Part shown: positions 47,075 through 56,741 of the stretch, in pieces
Layout: every line of letters starts with the position of its first letter
How positions within the stretch are numbered: position 1 is the stretch's first letter
NCBI GenBank assembly: GCA_964542895.1
Contig: CAZIWT010000003.1
Location: 4,733 to 68,732, forward strand
Direction of reading: 5' to 3'
Source of the DNA: an uncultured Thermodesulfobacteriota bacterium
GTDB lineage: Bacteria; Desulfobacterota; Zymogenia; Zymogenales; Zymogenaceae
Length of the DNA stretch: 64,000 bases
Program-made: the position numbers and the translations under genes
Notes under the pieces: model-generated
Seen by the model: only the letters and a program-made list of their open reading frames with translations
The model's database searches: none
What the model was told of the DNA's origin: nothing

Positions 47075-47590
47075 ATGAAACTACTTCTCCCCACCTTGAT
47101 ACTGGCGGCCTTCGCAATAGTCGCCCTCGTCATCGCCTACCACCAGGGGGGCGGCAGACTCGCCGAGGGATTGAAGCGCTCCATGAACCTGACGATAATG
47201 GTGATCCCCCTGATCTTCTTCGCCCTTCTTCTTGCGGGGATGATTCAGGTAATAGTCCCGAAGGAATTCGTCGCCGACTGGCTGGGGGACCAATCCGGCT
47301 TCAAGGGGATAATGATGGGCTCGCTTCTGGGCGCCCTGACGCCGGGCGGGCCCTCGGTTACGCTTCCCTTGGCGGCGGGACTGCTGGGGGCCGGCGCCAG
47401 CATCGGGACGATGGTCTCGTTTCTCACCGCCTGGTCGATCATGAACATAACCCGGGTGCCCTTCGAGGCGGGGATCCTCGGCTGGAAGTTCACGCTGATC
47501 CATATCGCCAGCTCCTTCTTCCTCCCGCCCCTGGCGGGCTACGCCGCCCACATCATGTTCAGGGGGGTCAAGCTGGACTTTTTTCTCTGA
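47075..47590 (+). CDS. small polytopic membrane protein, half-size permease-like (paralog A)
   Basis: About 170 aa with 4-5 TM helices and a GALTPGGP loop. It is 55-60% identical to the 49633-50154 product. It resembles split 'two-component membrane permease' subunits. Confidence 0.5.
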   Translation: MKLLLPTLILAAFAIVALVIAYHQGGGRLAEGLKRSMNLTIMVIPLIFFALLLAGMIQVIVPKEFVADWLGDQSGFKGIMMGSLLGALTPGGPSVTLPLAAGLLGAGASIGTMVSFLTAWSIMNITRVPFEAGILGWKFTLIHIASSFFLPPLAGYAAHIMFRGVKLDFFL

Positions 47591-47910
47591 TTTTTCAAAC
47601 AATTTTTATTGTTGATCAGATTAAAACTGCAGGTTAAAAATAAATCGTAGAGGGAAAAAGACAAAAGAAGACTACCGAGAAAAATATACCGATGATTTCA
47701 CGGCGGTGCACTTTGTTTACACCACGCCGCACGATGCCGGGGAGTGAGGATATACCCGGCATTTCCCACACCGCCGCCCAACACAGTTACATATCCCGTT
47801 GACATAAGGGGACTTCGTATGCTACGTATATGGGGATTTCCTTGACACCGATCTTCCCCATGAACCCCATGAACCATATTTTCTCAATCTGTGAAGAATG
47901 GAGGCAAGCC

Positions 47911-49416
47911 ATGTTAAGCAGGATATCCCGCCGAGACTTCCTGACCGCGGCCGGAACCGCCGCCACAGCCCTTATGATCCCCGGCCGGGCGCGGGGATTT
48001 TCAACTCATAGCAAACCCAATATCGTTTTGATCCTCGTTGACGACCTGGGATGGGCCGACCCGGCCTGCTACGGCAGCGCCTTTCACGAGACGCCGAACA
48101 TAGACCGGCTGGCGGCGGAGGGTGTCCGCTTTACAGACGCATACAGCGCCAGCCCCGTCTGCTCACCCACCCGGGCAGCGATAATGACCGGCAAAAACCC
48201 GGCGCGCCTCGGAATCGACAATTGGATAGCCGCCAACTTCCCTCAGCGTCTCTTCCAGCACCTCGTCCCCTCCTTGAGGACGGGACACCCGGACGACATC
48301 GCAGGCAAAAAGCCCGCACACCTCAAGCAACCCGTAAACAAGGAGTACCTTCCGCTCAAGGAGACCACGGTAGCCGAGCTGATGCGGGACGCCGGTTACG
48401 CCACTTTTTTTACCGGAAAATGGCATCTGGGCGACGAAGACTACTACCCGGACAGGCAGGGGTTCGACGTAAACCTGGGGGGACTCAAGTGGGGCCAGCC
48501 GCCGTCTGGATATTTCTCTCCCTACAAGATCGAGACCCTCCCGGACGGCCCGAAGGGGGAGTACCTGACCGACCGCCTGAACAGCGAGTCCCTCGATTTC
48601 ATTGATACGCACAAGGACGTCCCCTTCTTTTTGATGCTATCCCATTACGCGGTGCACACGCCGCTCATGGGAACGGAAGAGCTGGTGAAAAAATACGAGG
48701 ATAAGGCGGCGGCGATTGCCGATGGAGAACAGGTAAGAGAGATCGACGGCGTCTCCACCCGTGTCGTCCAGGGCGACCCGGTCTACGCCGCGATGCTCGA
48801 GAGCGTGGATCGGGGCGTGGGAATGATCACCAAAAAGCTCGAAGAACTGGGGCTTAGTGAAAACTCTCTCGTTATCTTCACCTCCGACAACGGGGGACTC
48901 TCCACCAAAACAACCGTCACATCGAACGAGCCTCTCCGCTACGGCAAGGGGTGGCTCTTCGAGGGGGGCATTCGGGTGCCGCTGATCATCCGGGGGCCGG
49001 GGGTAAAAAGTCCGGGAAGCGTTGTTACCGAGCCGGCCCACTCCTGCGACCTCTTCCCCACGATCCTCCAGGCGGCGGGACTTCCCACAAGGCCCGACCT
49101 GCACATCGACGGTAAAGGCCTGATGCCTCTCGCCTCCGGCACGGGCGGAGTAAATCGGGACGCCCTCTTCTGGCATTTCCCCCACTACCACAGCGACGGC
49201 CATCGTCCCTCCGGGGCGATCCGACACAAGGGGATGAAGCTGATACAGTTTTACGAGAGCGACCGGATTCGGCTCTACGACCTCGCCCGGGACATCGGCG
49301 AGCATAACGACCTCTCCGAAACACATCCCGAGGATGCGAAAAGGCTCCTTGCGATGCTTGACGATTGGCGAAAGGAGGTAAACGCCCGGATGCCGAAAAA
49401 GCGCGGGAGACGATAA
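47911..49416 (+). CDS. formylglycine-dependent sulfatase (arylsulfatase family) with Tat signal
   Basis: The Tat motif SRRDFLTAAGTAATALMIPGRARG is followed by LVDDLGWAD and the sulfatase signature CSPTRAAIMTGK (C-x-P-x-R). GGAGG RBS 7 nt before the ATG at 47911. Confidence 0.85.
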   Translation: MLSRISRRDFLTAAGTAATALMIPGRARGFSTHSKPNIVLILVDDLGWADPACYGSAFHETPNIDRLAAEGVRFTDAYSASPVCSPTRAAIMTGKNPARLGIDNWIAANFPQRLFQHLVPSLRTGHPDDIAGKKPAHLKQPVNKEYLPLKETTVAELMRDAGYATFFTGKWHLGDEDYYPDRQGFDVNLGGLKWGQPPSGYFSPYKIETLPDGPKGEYLTDRLNSESLDFIDTHKDVPFFLMLSHYAVHTPLMGTEELVKKYEDKAAAIADGEQVREIDGVSTRVVQGDPVYAAMLESVDRGVGMITKKLEELGLSENSLVIFTSDNGGLSTKTTVTSNEPLRYGKGWLFEGGIRVPLIIRGPGVKSPGSVVTEPAHSCDLFPTILQAAGLPTRPDLHIDGKGLMPLASGTGGVNRDALFWHFPHYHSDGHRPSGAIRHKGMKLIQFYESDRIRLYDLARDIGEHNDLSETHPEDAKRLLAMLDDWRKEVNARMPKKRGRR

Positions 49417-49632
49417 CGGGATGATAATAGATATCGCCCCATTTTTCTAAAGCGCCGGTGGCACCGTCTCAAGTGGCTGATTTTTTGATTCAAGAGAGAC
49501 GGGGCGCATCATCCATCGAGGGCGGGCGCCGGCATCGTTACGACGGTTTCTCCTCTCACCGCCCGGCAGATCATCCACATAACCCGGATGCCGTAGAGTG
49601 ACGAGCTGTAATCCAAGAGAGAGATATTTTAA

Positions 49633-50154
49633 ATGACAGGTAAAAAAAGGAAATCTCAAATGTTGTTCCCAACGCTTATTATGGCGATCTTGGCCTTGAT
49701 CTTACTTATAATCGGATATATGCGGGGCGGCGGCGAACATATACGCGGCCTCTCCATGACGTGGGACATGACCATCGAGATCATACCGCTCCTCGCCTTT
49801 GCGTTCATCGTGGCCGGCATGGTTCAGGTCCTTGTACCCCAGGAGCTGATAGCGAAATGGGTGGGGGAGGAATCCGGAGTTCGGGGGATATTCATCGGGA
49901 CCCTGGCCGGTGCGGTAACTCCAGGTGGGCCTTTCGTGAGCCTGCCCGTCGCCGCGGGGCTGTTCAGGTCGGGCGCCGGCATCGGGACTATGGTGGCCTT
50001 CCTGATGGGGTGGTCCATATGGGCCGTCGCCCGAATGCCCCTCGAGGTGGGGATCATGGGATGGAAGTTCACGGCCATTCGCTTCGTATCCTCCTTTTTC
50101 CTCCCCCCCATCGCCGGGTATGTCGCCCACGTCTTTTTCTCGGGAGTCAAATGA
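49633..50154 (+). CDS. small polytopic membrane protein, half-size permease-like (paralog B)
   Basis: A clear paralog of the 47075-47590 product, with the same TM layout and GAVTPGGP loop. Confidence 0.5.
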   Translation: MTGKKRKSQMLFPTLIMAILALILLIIGYMRGGGEHIRGLSMTWDMTIEIIPLLAFAFIVAGMVQVLVPQELIAKWVGEESGVRGIFIGTLAGAVTPGGPFVSLPVAAGLFRSGAGIGTMVAFLMGWSIWAVARMPLEVGIMGWKFTAIRFVSSFFLPPIAGYVAHVFFSGVK

Positions 50155-50228
50155 GGATGACCGCGGCCCGCTCTGCTTAAACGTTTAAAGGCTTGAAATA
50201 AAATCCAAAAACCAAAGGTGGTATCCAT

Positions 50229-50774
50229 ATGAAGAGTTTAACAGCGGCGGCCTCGGCCCCGCCCCATGTCTTTTCGGTAAGGCTCTTCGCCCTCCCGCTT
50301 GTTTTAGTCCTTTTCGGCATTTACGCCTTCGGGTGCGGCTCCATCTCCGGGGGCGCCGAGGGCACCATCTCAAAACTGGGGGTGATCCTCTTCGAGTTCA
50401 AGAGCGGCGGGGCGAGTCATCCTTCGGGGCACGGCGAGTGGATCGTGACACTTGCGGCCCCGGACAGGTTCTCGATGACGAAGAAGATCGGGGACAAAGA
50501 GACCGACCGGGGAACCGTGACGCTGACGGAAGACGAGAAGGTCAAGCTGTGGGGATTGATCGACGCGGTCGACGTTGTGAATCTGAGGCCCCCCCACCGG
50601 GACGCATCGCCGGACGAGGTGATCCTTACCTTCAGCGTGAACGACGACGTGGGGACCCACATCAGGGAAGTCTTGATCAATGATGCAAGGGAGAGGGAAA
50701 CGGTGGTGAAACTCATCGAGTACCTCGGGACGCTGATCGAAAAATACGCAGGGGAAAAGCCGGTCCTGATGTAG
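50229..50774 (+). CDS. secreted or lipoprotein-like hypothetical protein
   Basis: Signal peptide with a Cys near the cleavage region (LVLFGIYAFGCGS). Its C-terminal 60 aa are duplicated as a fragment at 52646-52864. Confidence 0.5.
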   Translation: MKSLTAAASAPPHVFSVRLFALPLVLVLFGIYAFGCGSISGGAEGTISKLGVILFEFKSGGASHPSGHGEWIVTLAAPDRFSMTKKIGDKETDRGTVTLTEDEKVKLWGLIDAVDVVNLRPPHRDASPDEVILTFSVNDDVGTHIREVLINDARERETVVKLIEYLGTLIEKYAGEKPVLM

Positions 50775-50966
50775 TTTGATCACGATGACCGACGTACCGT
50801 CAATGGTCAAGGCAGATGTCTAAACAACGACCTTTTGATGTGCCTCACCGTCCTGTTGTGCTGGAACGGTCAATATGTTATGTACCAGATGTGTCGGTTT
50901 TCACGCTCCAATATAGAAGAGAAGCGCGGAAAAAAGAATCCGTTAAAAATTCCTCGTTTTATTCCT

Positions 50967-52544
50967 CTACACCTTCTGGTCTGGAGTTGTCTCACCCTCC
51001 CTCAATATCCCCTTCAGTACTTTACCTGAGGCGTTTCTAGGTATGGCATCTACGAACTCTACATAACGGGGCGCCTTATAACCGGCTATATGTTTCTTGA
51101 CCCAGTCAGATAGCTCCTTTCCCGTCACCTCCATATCAGGCTTCTTTATCACGAATGCTTTTACCGCCTCTCCCCATTTTTCATCGAGGATTCCGATAAC
51201 CGCCGCATCGGCCACAGAATCATGGCTTAGAAGAACAATCTCCACTTCCTGAGGATAGACGTTCTCCCCTCCGGTTTTTATCAGGTATTTCTTCCGGTCC
51301 ACCATCCTGACAAGTCCGCTCTCTTCCATAACAAAGAGGTCTCCGGTATGATGCCATCCGTTTCTCAGCGTCTCTTCGCTCTCTTCGGGGAGATTCCAAT
51401 ATCCTTGCATGATGGGTGTTCCCCTCAAACACAGCTCTCCGACTTCACCGGGAGATACGGGATTGTCATTATCGTCGGCGATCATGTAATTAAAGAAGGG
51501 CATAACATAACCGTAGATCGAAGGATCTTTTCTAATCATATCGGAATTAACCCAGGTGACCTTACCTCCCGACTCGGTCTGACCGTAGATCCCAAAGTAG
51601 TTGGCTCCCAGAAGCTCCTCTACGTCATTTACCATCTCCAACTTTTCCCCGCCCGCACCGCCGATGAAAACCTTTAGAGAGGAGACATCGGTCTTTTTCC
51701 TGACCTCGTGGTAGAGAAAATAGGTAGAAATCCCAGGCACAAGAAACATGATGGTCACTTTATACTTTTCTATTAGTTCATAGAGCTTTTCCGGGTCAAA
51801 GTCCGACGTAACAACGACAGTGCCTCCCAGTTGGATCTGGGATACGGCTGTCCCGAACCCCGCGACATGGAAGAGGGGGAGAAATGCCAGATATACATCA
51901 TCTTGCCCCATCCCGAAACAAGAGGCCATATTTATCGCATAACCATTCCACGTCCGCTGGGGTATCATGCACCCCTTGGGCTTTCCGGTAGTACCGCTTG
52001 TGTAGAGGAGCATAAAGAGATTCTCGCCGATTATGTTGTCGGAAGAGCGAACATTTTCACTTTTGATATCTGTAAATTCATCAAAGGACACCCAGTCGGC
52101 GGACGCCTTGCCTGTTTTGAACTTCAGCTTTATCGAAGATAATCCCTTGATGGCCTCGTTTGAATTATCGATAAAAGAGTCACTGCTGTACATGGCCTTT
52201 GCCCCTGCATTGTTAATAATGAAATTTAGTTCGCTCGGAGTAAGTCGCATATTCAAAGGAACGATAACGGCGCCTATCCAAGCCAGAGCATAGAAGAGTT
52301 CAAAATAGACTTTGCTGTTCTCTGAAAGACATGCCACCCTGTCGCCAGGATTAATGCCGTTTTGACCAAGCCACAATACCATACGGGAAACCCTATCGTA
52401 CAACTCACTGTATGTACAAGACTCTCCGGTCGTCCCATCTACTATTGCTACATGATTCTTCCGGCTCATTGCCAATATTCTCAAAGAATAACAGAGGGGA
52501 AGCGAATTGAGGGCGTTTACCTCATCTCCTTTGTATTTTGCCAT
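50967..52544 (-). CDS. acyl-CoA synthetase (AMP-forming; long/medium-chain fatty acid--CoA ligase family); AT-rich codon usage
   Basis: The AMP-binding motif LYTSGTTGKPKG, GYG..E and the C-terminal lysine region. AGGAGT RBS. GC3 is well below the flanking genes. Confidence 0.85.
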   Translation of the reverse strand: MAKYKGDEVNALNSLPLCYSLRILAMSRKNHVAIVDGTTGESCTYSELYDRVSRMVLWLGQNGINPGDRVACLSENSKVYFELFYALAWIGAVIVPLNMRLTPSELNFIINNAGAKAMYSSDSFIDNSNEAIKGLSSIKLKFKTGKASADWVSFDEFTDIKSENVRSSDNIIGENLFMLLYTSGTTGKPKGCMIPQRTWNGYAINMASCFGMGQDDVYLAFLPLFHVAGFGTAVSQIQLGGTVVVTSDFDPEKLYELIEKYKVTIMFLVPGISTYFLYHEVRKKTDVSSLKVFIGGAGGEKLEMVNDVEELLGANYFGIYGQTESGGKVTWVNSDMIRKDPSIYGYVMPFFNYMIADDNDNPVSPGEVGELCLRGTPIMQGYWNLPEESEETLRNGWHHTGDLFVMEESGLVRMVDRKKYLIKTGGENVYPQEVEIVLLSHDSVADAAVIGILDEKWGEAVKAFVIKKPDMEVTGKELSDWVKKHIAGYKAPRYVEFVDAIPRNASGKVLKGILREGETTPDQKV

Positions 52545-52645
52545 AACTTACTCCTATAATTTTTTTCACTATAATTGGAGCATACCTTATTGTCAAGAAT
52601 TTACAGCGTTTTTGTAGAAACATAACGCCCTTTTTAAGGTGGGAA

Positions 52646-52864
52646 ATGGAAACTACTTTATTTTCTAAACTCTTCTCAAATCCCCATCGCAATTCATCTC
52701 CGGACGAGGTAATCCTGACCTTCAGGGTTGACCCTAATGTGGGGACCCACATCAGGGAAGTCTTGGTCGGCAACACCAGGGAGAGAGAGGCGGTTGTGGA
52801 ACTTATCGAGTACATAGGGACCTTGATCAAAAAATACGCCAGGGAAAAGCCGGTCTTGATGTAA
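52646..52864 (+). pseudogene. 3' remnant copy of the 50229-50774 gene (C-terminal about 60 codons only)
   Basis: The translation SPDEVILTFRVDPNVGTHIREVLVGNTREREAVVELIEYIGTLIKKYAREKPVLM is about 75% identical to the C-terminus of the 50229 product. The nucleotide runs are identical (gtggggacccacatcagggaagtcttg). No N-terminal part is present. Confidence 0.55.
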
Positions 52865-53095
52865 TTTTTTTCGCGCGACCGACAGACCTCCATTTGTGAA
52901 ATTCCAACGCTTTAAAAACTGCTTTGAATTGCGGTGACACCGCCAGATTGCGCGGAATCGGGAAATATGTTATACTTGTTTTAATGTGTCGATCTTCAAG
53001 CTCCTCTCCGATGCGTGGTGTAACCGCCCGCTGAAATCTCCTCAAGCTCACTCTTCATCGATACATACACAATTTAAAGTCAAAGGAGTATGACA

Positions 53096-53779
53096 ATGAA
53101 AGGATTTAACAAATCGACCTTGATCGCGGCCGTCATCGCAGGCGTCTTCTGTTCGCTTAACCTCGTCGTCTCATCAAGCGCCCAGGACAATGTCACCACA
53201 GTCGTCGACGCCAAGATCGCGACAATCGAGATAACCGAGCTGACGAAAAACGAGGCGGAGGGGATCCTCTTCATGCGCGAGGAGGAGAAGCTGGCGAGAG
53301 ACGTCTACCGGGCAATCTACGACAAATGGGGCATAAGGATATTTGCCAACATCGCCTCAAGCGAGCAGACCCACATGGACGCCCTGGCAAAAATAATAGT
53401 GCGTTACGGTCTTGACGATCCCATCTCCAATGACGTCCCGGGCGTCTTTAAAAACGATACGCTGAAGTCCCTCTACAAGGAGCTTGTCGAAAAGGCCGGA
53501 AAATCTCTAAACGACGCCCTGATCGTCGGGGCACAGATAGAGGAGCTGGACATCGCCGACCTTATCAAGTGGATCGAGGCTACTGACAACGACGACGTCA
53601 GGATCGTCTACCAGAACCTTATGAAGGGATCCAGAAACCATCTGAGGTCTTTCCACCGGCAGATCGAGCGTAATGGGGTAAAGTACACACCCAGCTATCT
53701 CGAAGCCGATCTCTTCAACCGGATAGTCGCAAGCCCCAGGGAGAGGGGCGCGATCCTCGATCCCGACTACACTTATTGA
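53096..53779 (+). CDS. secreted DUF2202 (ferritin-like superfamily) protein
   Basis: A signal peptide, then EEKLARDVY ... SEQTHM ... KGSRNHLRSF, which matches DUF2202. AAGGAG RBS 7 nt before the ATG at 53096. Confidence 0.6.
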   Translation: MKGFNKSTLIAAVIAGVFCSLNLVVSSSAQDNVTTVVDAKIATIEITELTKNEAEGILFMREEEKLARDVYRAIYDKWGIRIFANIASSEQTHMDALAKIIVRYGLDDPISNDVPGVFKNDTLKSLYKELVEKAGKSLNDALIVGAQIEELDIADLIKWIEATDNDDVRIVYQNLMKGSRNHLRSFHRQIERNGVKYTPSYLEADLFNRIVASPRERGAILDPDYTY

Positions 53780-53969
53780 GGCCGCTCGCCGTCCGCGCCT
53801 CCAGATTATTTTGAGGACGCCCAAAGCCTTTTCATGCGGGAAAGCTTTTTTAGTGTGGAATTTCAAGAAATTAGCTGCTATAATGATGTTGCTTTTTCCC
53901 TGTCAACCTTGTTGTAATGTTAATCTTGAGCCCCAATTTCCATAAATACCATATATGGAGTGAAGACTC

Positions 53970-56366
53970 ATGGCCAGACACGCGATAACAGCGGGCGCAT
54001 ACATCGAGCCGCCTGAAGAGGAAAGGAAATCCGACCGCTTCATCCGGATAAAGGAGAAGCTCCTCTCAAGTAAAATGCACCTCTGCACGGAGCGCGCCTG
54101 GCTCATCACCGAGTATTTCAAGAAATACGACGACCCGAAGGAGCCGATGGTGATCAGGAAGGCAAAGGCGATGAAACATCTCCTTCGCAACAAGTCGGCC
54201 AAGATCTTCGACGACGAGCTGATTGTGGGAAACGTGGGAAGCCACAGGAAGTCCGCCATAATCCAGCCGGAGCTCTCCGGCGTCTTCCTGAATCAGGAGC
54301 TCCTCTGGATAGACAAGCGGGAGACGACCCCCTTTCAGATACCGTGGGCGGAGAGGCTCAAGTTCATCTTCCGGATAATCCCCTACTGGCTCACCCGAAA
54401 CATGATCATAAGGTCGTTTTTCCCGAATCGGATCGGCCGCTTTTTACACTACGTGGTCGATCAGCTCTCGCCCGCCTTCTACCTGATTAACGTCGCCGGC
54501 GGGATTGGCCACTTCCTCCCAAACTACGAGAAGATAGTGGTGATCGGTATTGAGGGATATTTAAAGGAGATGGAGGGCAAAGACGGCGACCTCCACGGGG
54601 CGTGCCGGATAGTCTCCGAGGGGCTGGTTGATTTTGCGGAAAACCTCGCCGAAGAGGCGGAGAGGATCGCCACAGAAGAAAGGGGCAAGACCAGGAGGGA
54701 GGAGCTTCACGAGATAGCCCGGATATTGAGAAAGGTGCCTAAAGAGGGGGCCGGGACGTTCCAGGAGGCGGTGCAGTCGCTTTGGCTTTCCCACCTTACC
54801 GTCTGCCTCGAGGGGATAAACTCCGCCGTCTCGTTGAGCAGGGTCGATCAATACCTCTACCCCTACTATAAAAGTGATATAGATGAGGGAAGGATTACCA
54901 GAGAAGACGCCGTTGAGATACTCCTGTGCTTCTCGGCAAAGGCCACCGAGCACGTCTTTCACCTCTCGGAGACGATCAGCAAGTGCCACGGCGGCTACCT
55001 GATAGCTCAGGCGGCCGTCGTCGGGGGGATGGACAGAGACGGCAACGACGCGGTCAACGAGCTCACCTACGTCTTTCTCGACGTGATGGAGCGTTCGGGA
55101 CTTCGCGACCCGAACTACCACGCCCGCACCCACAAGGGCTCGCCAAAAGAATACGTCAGGCGTGCCTTGGACGTGGCGAGGAGGGGGAACGGCGTCCCGG
55201 GAATCTTCAGCGACGAGGCGGTGATATCCTCCCTCCTCCACCACGGCTACCCGATCGAGGACGCCAGGGACTACGGGATCGTGGGGTGTGTGGAGCCGTC
55301 GATCCCCGGAAAGAGCTTTCTCTCCACGGACACCGCGCTGTTCAACCTGCCGGCCTGCCTCATCTTCGCGCTTAACCGGGGAAGGACTTTAAAGCTACGG
55401 GGAAAGAAGATCGGCGCCGACACCCCGCCCCCGGAGACCTTTACCACGATAGACGATGTGATAAGCGCCTTTCGGGAGCAGGTGGAGCATATGGTCTTAA
55501 GGATGGTAGAAGACCTCGAGATAATCGACGGCGGAAACCGGGACTACCACCCCACCCCCTTTTCATCCATGTTAGTGGACGGCTGTATCGAGTCGGGGCT
55601 GGACGTGTCGGCGGGCGGCGCGGTATACAACGGCAGCGGGGTTCAGGGCGTGGGCGTGGCCGACGTGGCGGATTCCTTTACCGCCGTAAAGGATGCCGTC
55701 TTCGACAGAAAGATCTGCACCCTGCCGGAATTAGTTACGGCGATGAGAGACAATTTCAAATCCGACCCGAAGCTGAGGGGCGAGCTCCTCAAGGCGCCGA
55801 AGTACGGAAACGACCAAAAACTCCCCGACCGATACGCGGACCTCGTGGTCAATATCTTCCACGATGCGCTCTCCCGATACACGAACGTCCGGGGAGGACA
55901 ATACGTCCCCGGCTTCTACTCCTCCACCACCCACGCCTCCTTCGGCGAGAAAACCCCGGCCCTCCCCAGCGGGAGGCTTGAACGTATGCCATTCGGGGCG
56001 AGCCTATCCCCAGCAAACGGGATGGACAAATGCGGCCCCACGGCGCTATTGAACTCGGTCGCCGGGGTGGACGCCAAGCTCGCCGCCAACGGCTACGCTA
56101 CGAACCTCCGCTTCGACCCGGCAACCGTCTTAGGGGAGAGGGGCGTCGATATACTGGAGGCGTTAACAAAAGGCTTCTTCGAGTCCGGTGGGATGGAGCT
56201 CCAGATCAACGTCCTCGACCCGGACACCCTTATCGACGCCCGCAAAAACCCGGGGAAATATCCGGGGCTGGTCGTTCGCGTCGCCGGCTACTGCGCCTAC
56301 TTCGACGATCTGCCCAACATCGTAAAGGACGAGATCATCGCGAGGACCCGCCTGAGCCTCCAGTAG
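53970..56366 (+). CDS. glycyl radical enzyme, PFL2/glycerol-dehydratase-like family (substrate unknown)
   Basis: 798 aa. The C-terminal glycine-radical motif VRVAGYCAYFDDL (RVxGY), the catalytic Cys loop YGIVGCVEPS, and an N-terminal region like PFL2-family enzymes (ERAWLITEYFK ... VIRKAKAMKHLL ... DDELIVGN). Confidence 0.85.
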   Translation: MARHAITAGAYIEPPEEERKSDRFIRIKEKLLSSKMHLCTERAWLITEYFKKYDDPKEPMVIRKAKAMKHLLRNKSAKIFDDELIVGNVGSHRKSAIIQPELSGVFLNQELLWIDKRETTPFQIPWAERLKFIFRIIPYWLTRNMIIRSFFPNRIGRFLHYVVDQLSPAFYLINVAGGIGHFLPNYEKIVVIGIEGYLKEMEGKDGDLHGACRIVSEGLVDFAENLAEEAERIATEERGKTRREELHEIARILRKVPKEGAGTFQEAVQSLWLSHLTVCLEGINSAVSLSRVDQYLYPYYKSDIDEGRITREDAVEILLCFSAKATEHVFHLSETISKCHGGYLIAQAAVVGGMDRDGNDAVNELTYVFLDVMERSGLRDPNYHARTHKGSPKEYVRRALDVARRGNGVPGIFSDEAVISSLLHHGYPIEDARDYGIVGCVEPSIPGKSFLSTDTALFNLPACLIFALNRGRTLKLRGKKIGADTPPPETFTTIDDVISAFREQVEHMVLRMVEDLEIIDGGNRDYHPTPFSSMLVDGCIESGLDVSAGGAVYNGSGVQGVGVADVADSFTAVKDAVFDRKICTLPELVTAMRDNFKSDPKLRGELLKAPKYGNDQKLPDRYADLVVNIFHDALSRYTNVRGGQYVPGFYSSTTHASFGEKTPALPSGRLERMPFGASLSPANGMDKCGPTALLNSVAGVDAKLAANGYATNLRFDPATVLGERGVDILEALTKGFFESGGMELQINVLDPDTLIDARKNPGKYPGLVVRVAGYCAYFDDLPNIVKDEIIARTRLSLQ

Positions 56367-56619
56367 ATCGGCCGCGGGGTGTAAAAGCGGGGGCAATTGG
56401 GATAAAAAGGGATTTTTTTACTTTCGCTCCTCTTATCTTTCCCACCCCATTTTACAATTATGTGGACGGCTTCTATAGACGTGAGCAGTTTAAATCCACA
56501 GTCCTGTAAAAAGTTTCATCGCCCATCTCATATAATCAATCCTCCCATCCTCCATTCGAGATCGATTTTTTTAAACACGATAGCTCGAAGTTTTTCTGCA
56601 GCGCAAGCCACATTTTACC

Positions 56620-56670
56620 TTGACAAAGGATTGTCGAAAATATAAACTTTTTGACTGACTGACAAGTCAA
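56620..56670 (+). promoter_or_regulatory. sigma70-like promoter (TTGACA-N15/16-TATAAA) followed by the palindrome TTGACT-N8-AGTCAA (candidate TetR operator)
   Basis: TTGACA at 56620-56625 and TATAAA at 56641-56646. A perfect 6-bp inverted repeat lies at 56651-56670, about 70 nt upstream of the TetR gene. Confidence 0.4.
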
Positions 56671-56741
56671 TCTACGGGGGGGGCGGGGCGGCAATTTTTA
56701 AGTGGGTGAAAGCGAAGTAAAAAACCATTTGGGAATATAGA

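Noticed and set aside
47830-47910. Extended N-terminus of the sulfatase ORF (MGISLTPIFPMNPMNHIF...)
   Set aside because: The ATG at 47911 is preceded by GGAGG at ideal spacing and opens directly with a twin-arginine signal (SRRDFL). The upstream extension is unlikely to be translated.
48163-49326. Minus-strand ORFs 48163-48612 and 48637-49326, and the Arg-rich plus-strand ORF 48051-48605
   Set aside because: They overlap the sulfatase gene in other frames. The sulfatase frame carries the CSPTR signature and a Tat signal.
54561-55375. ORFs antisense to or out of frame within the glycyl radical enzyme gene
   Set aside because: The GRE frame is supported from the N-terminus through to the Gly-radical motif. 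These are GC-rich shadow ORFs.
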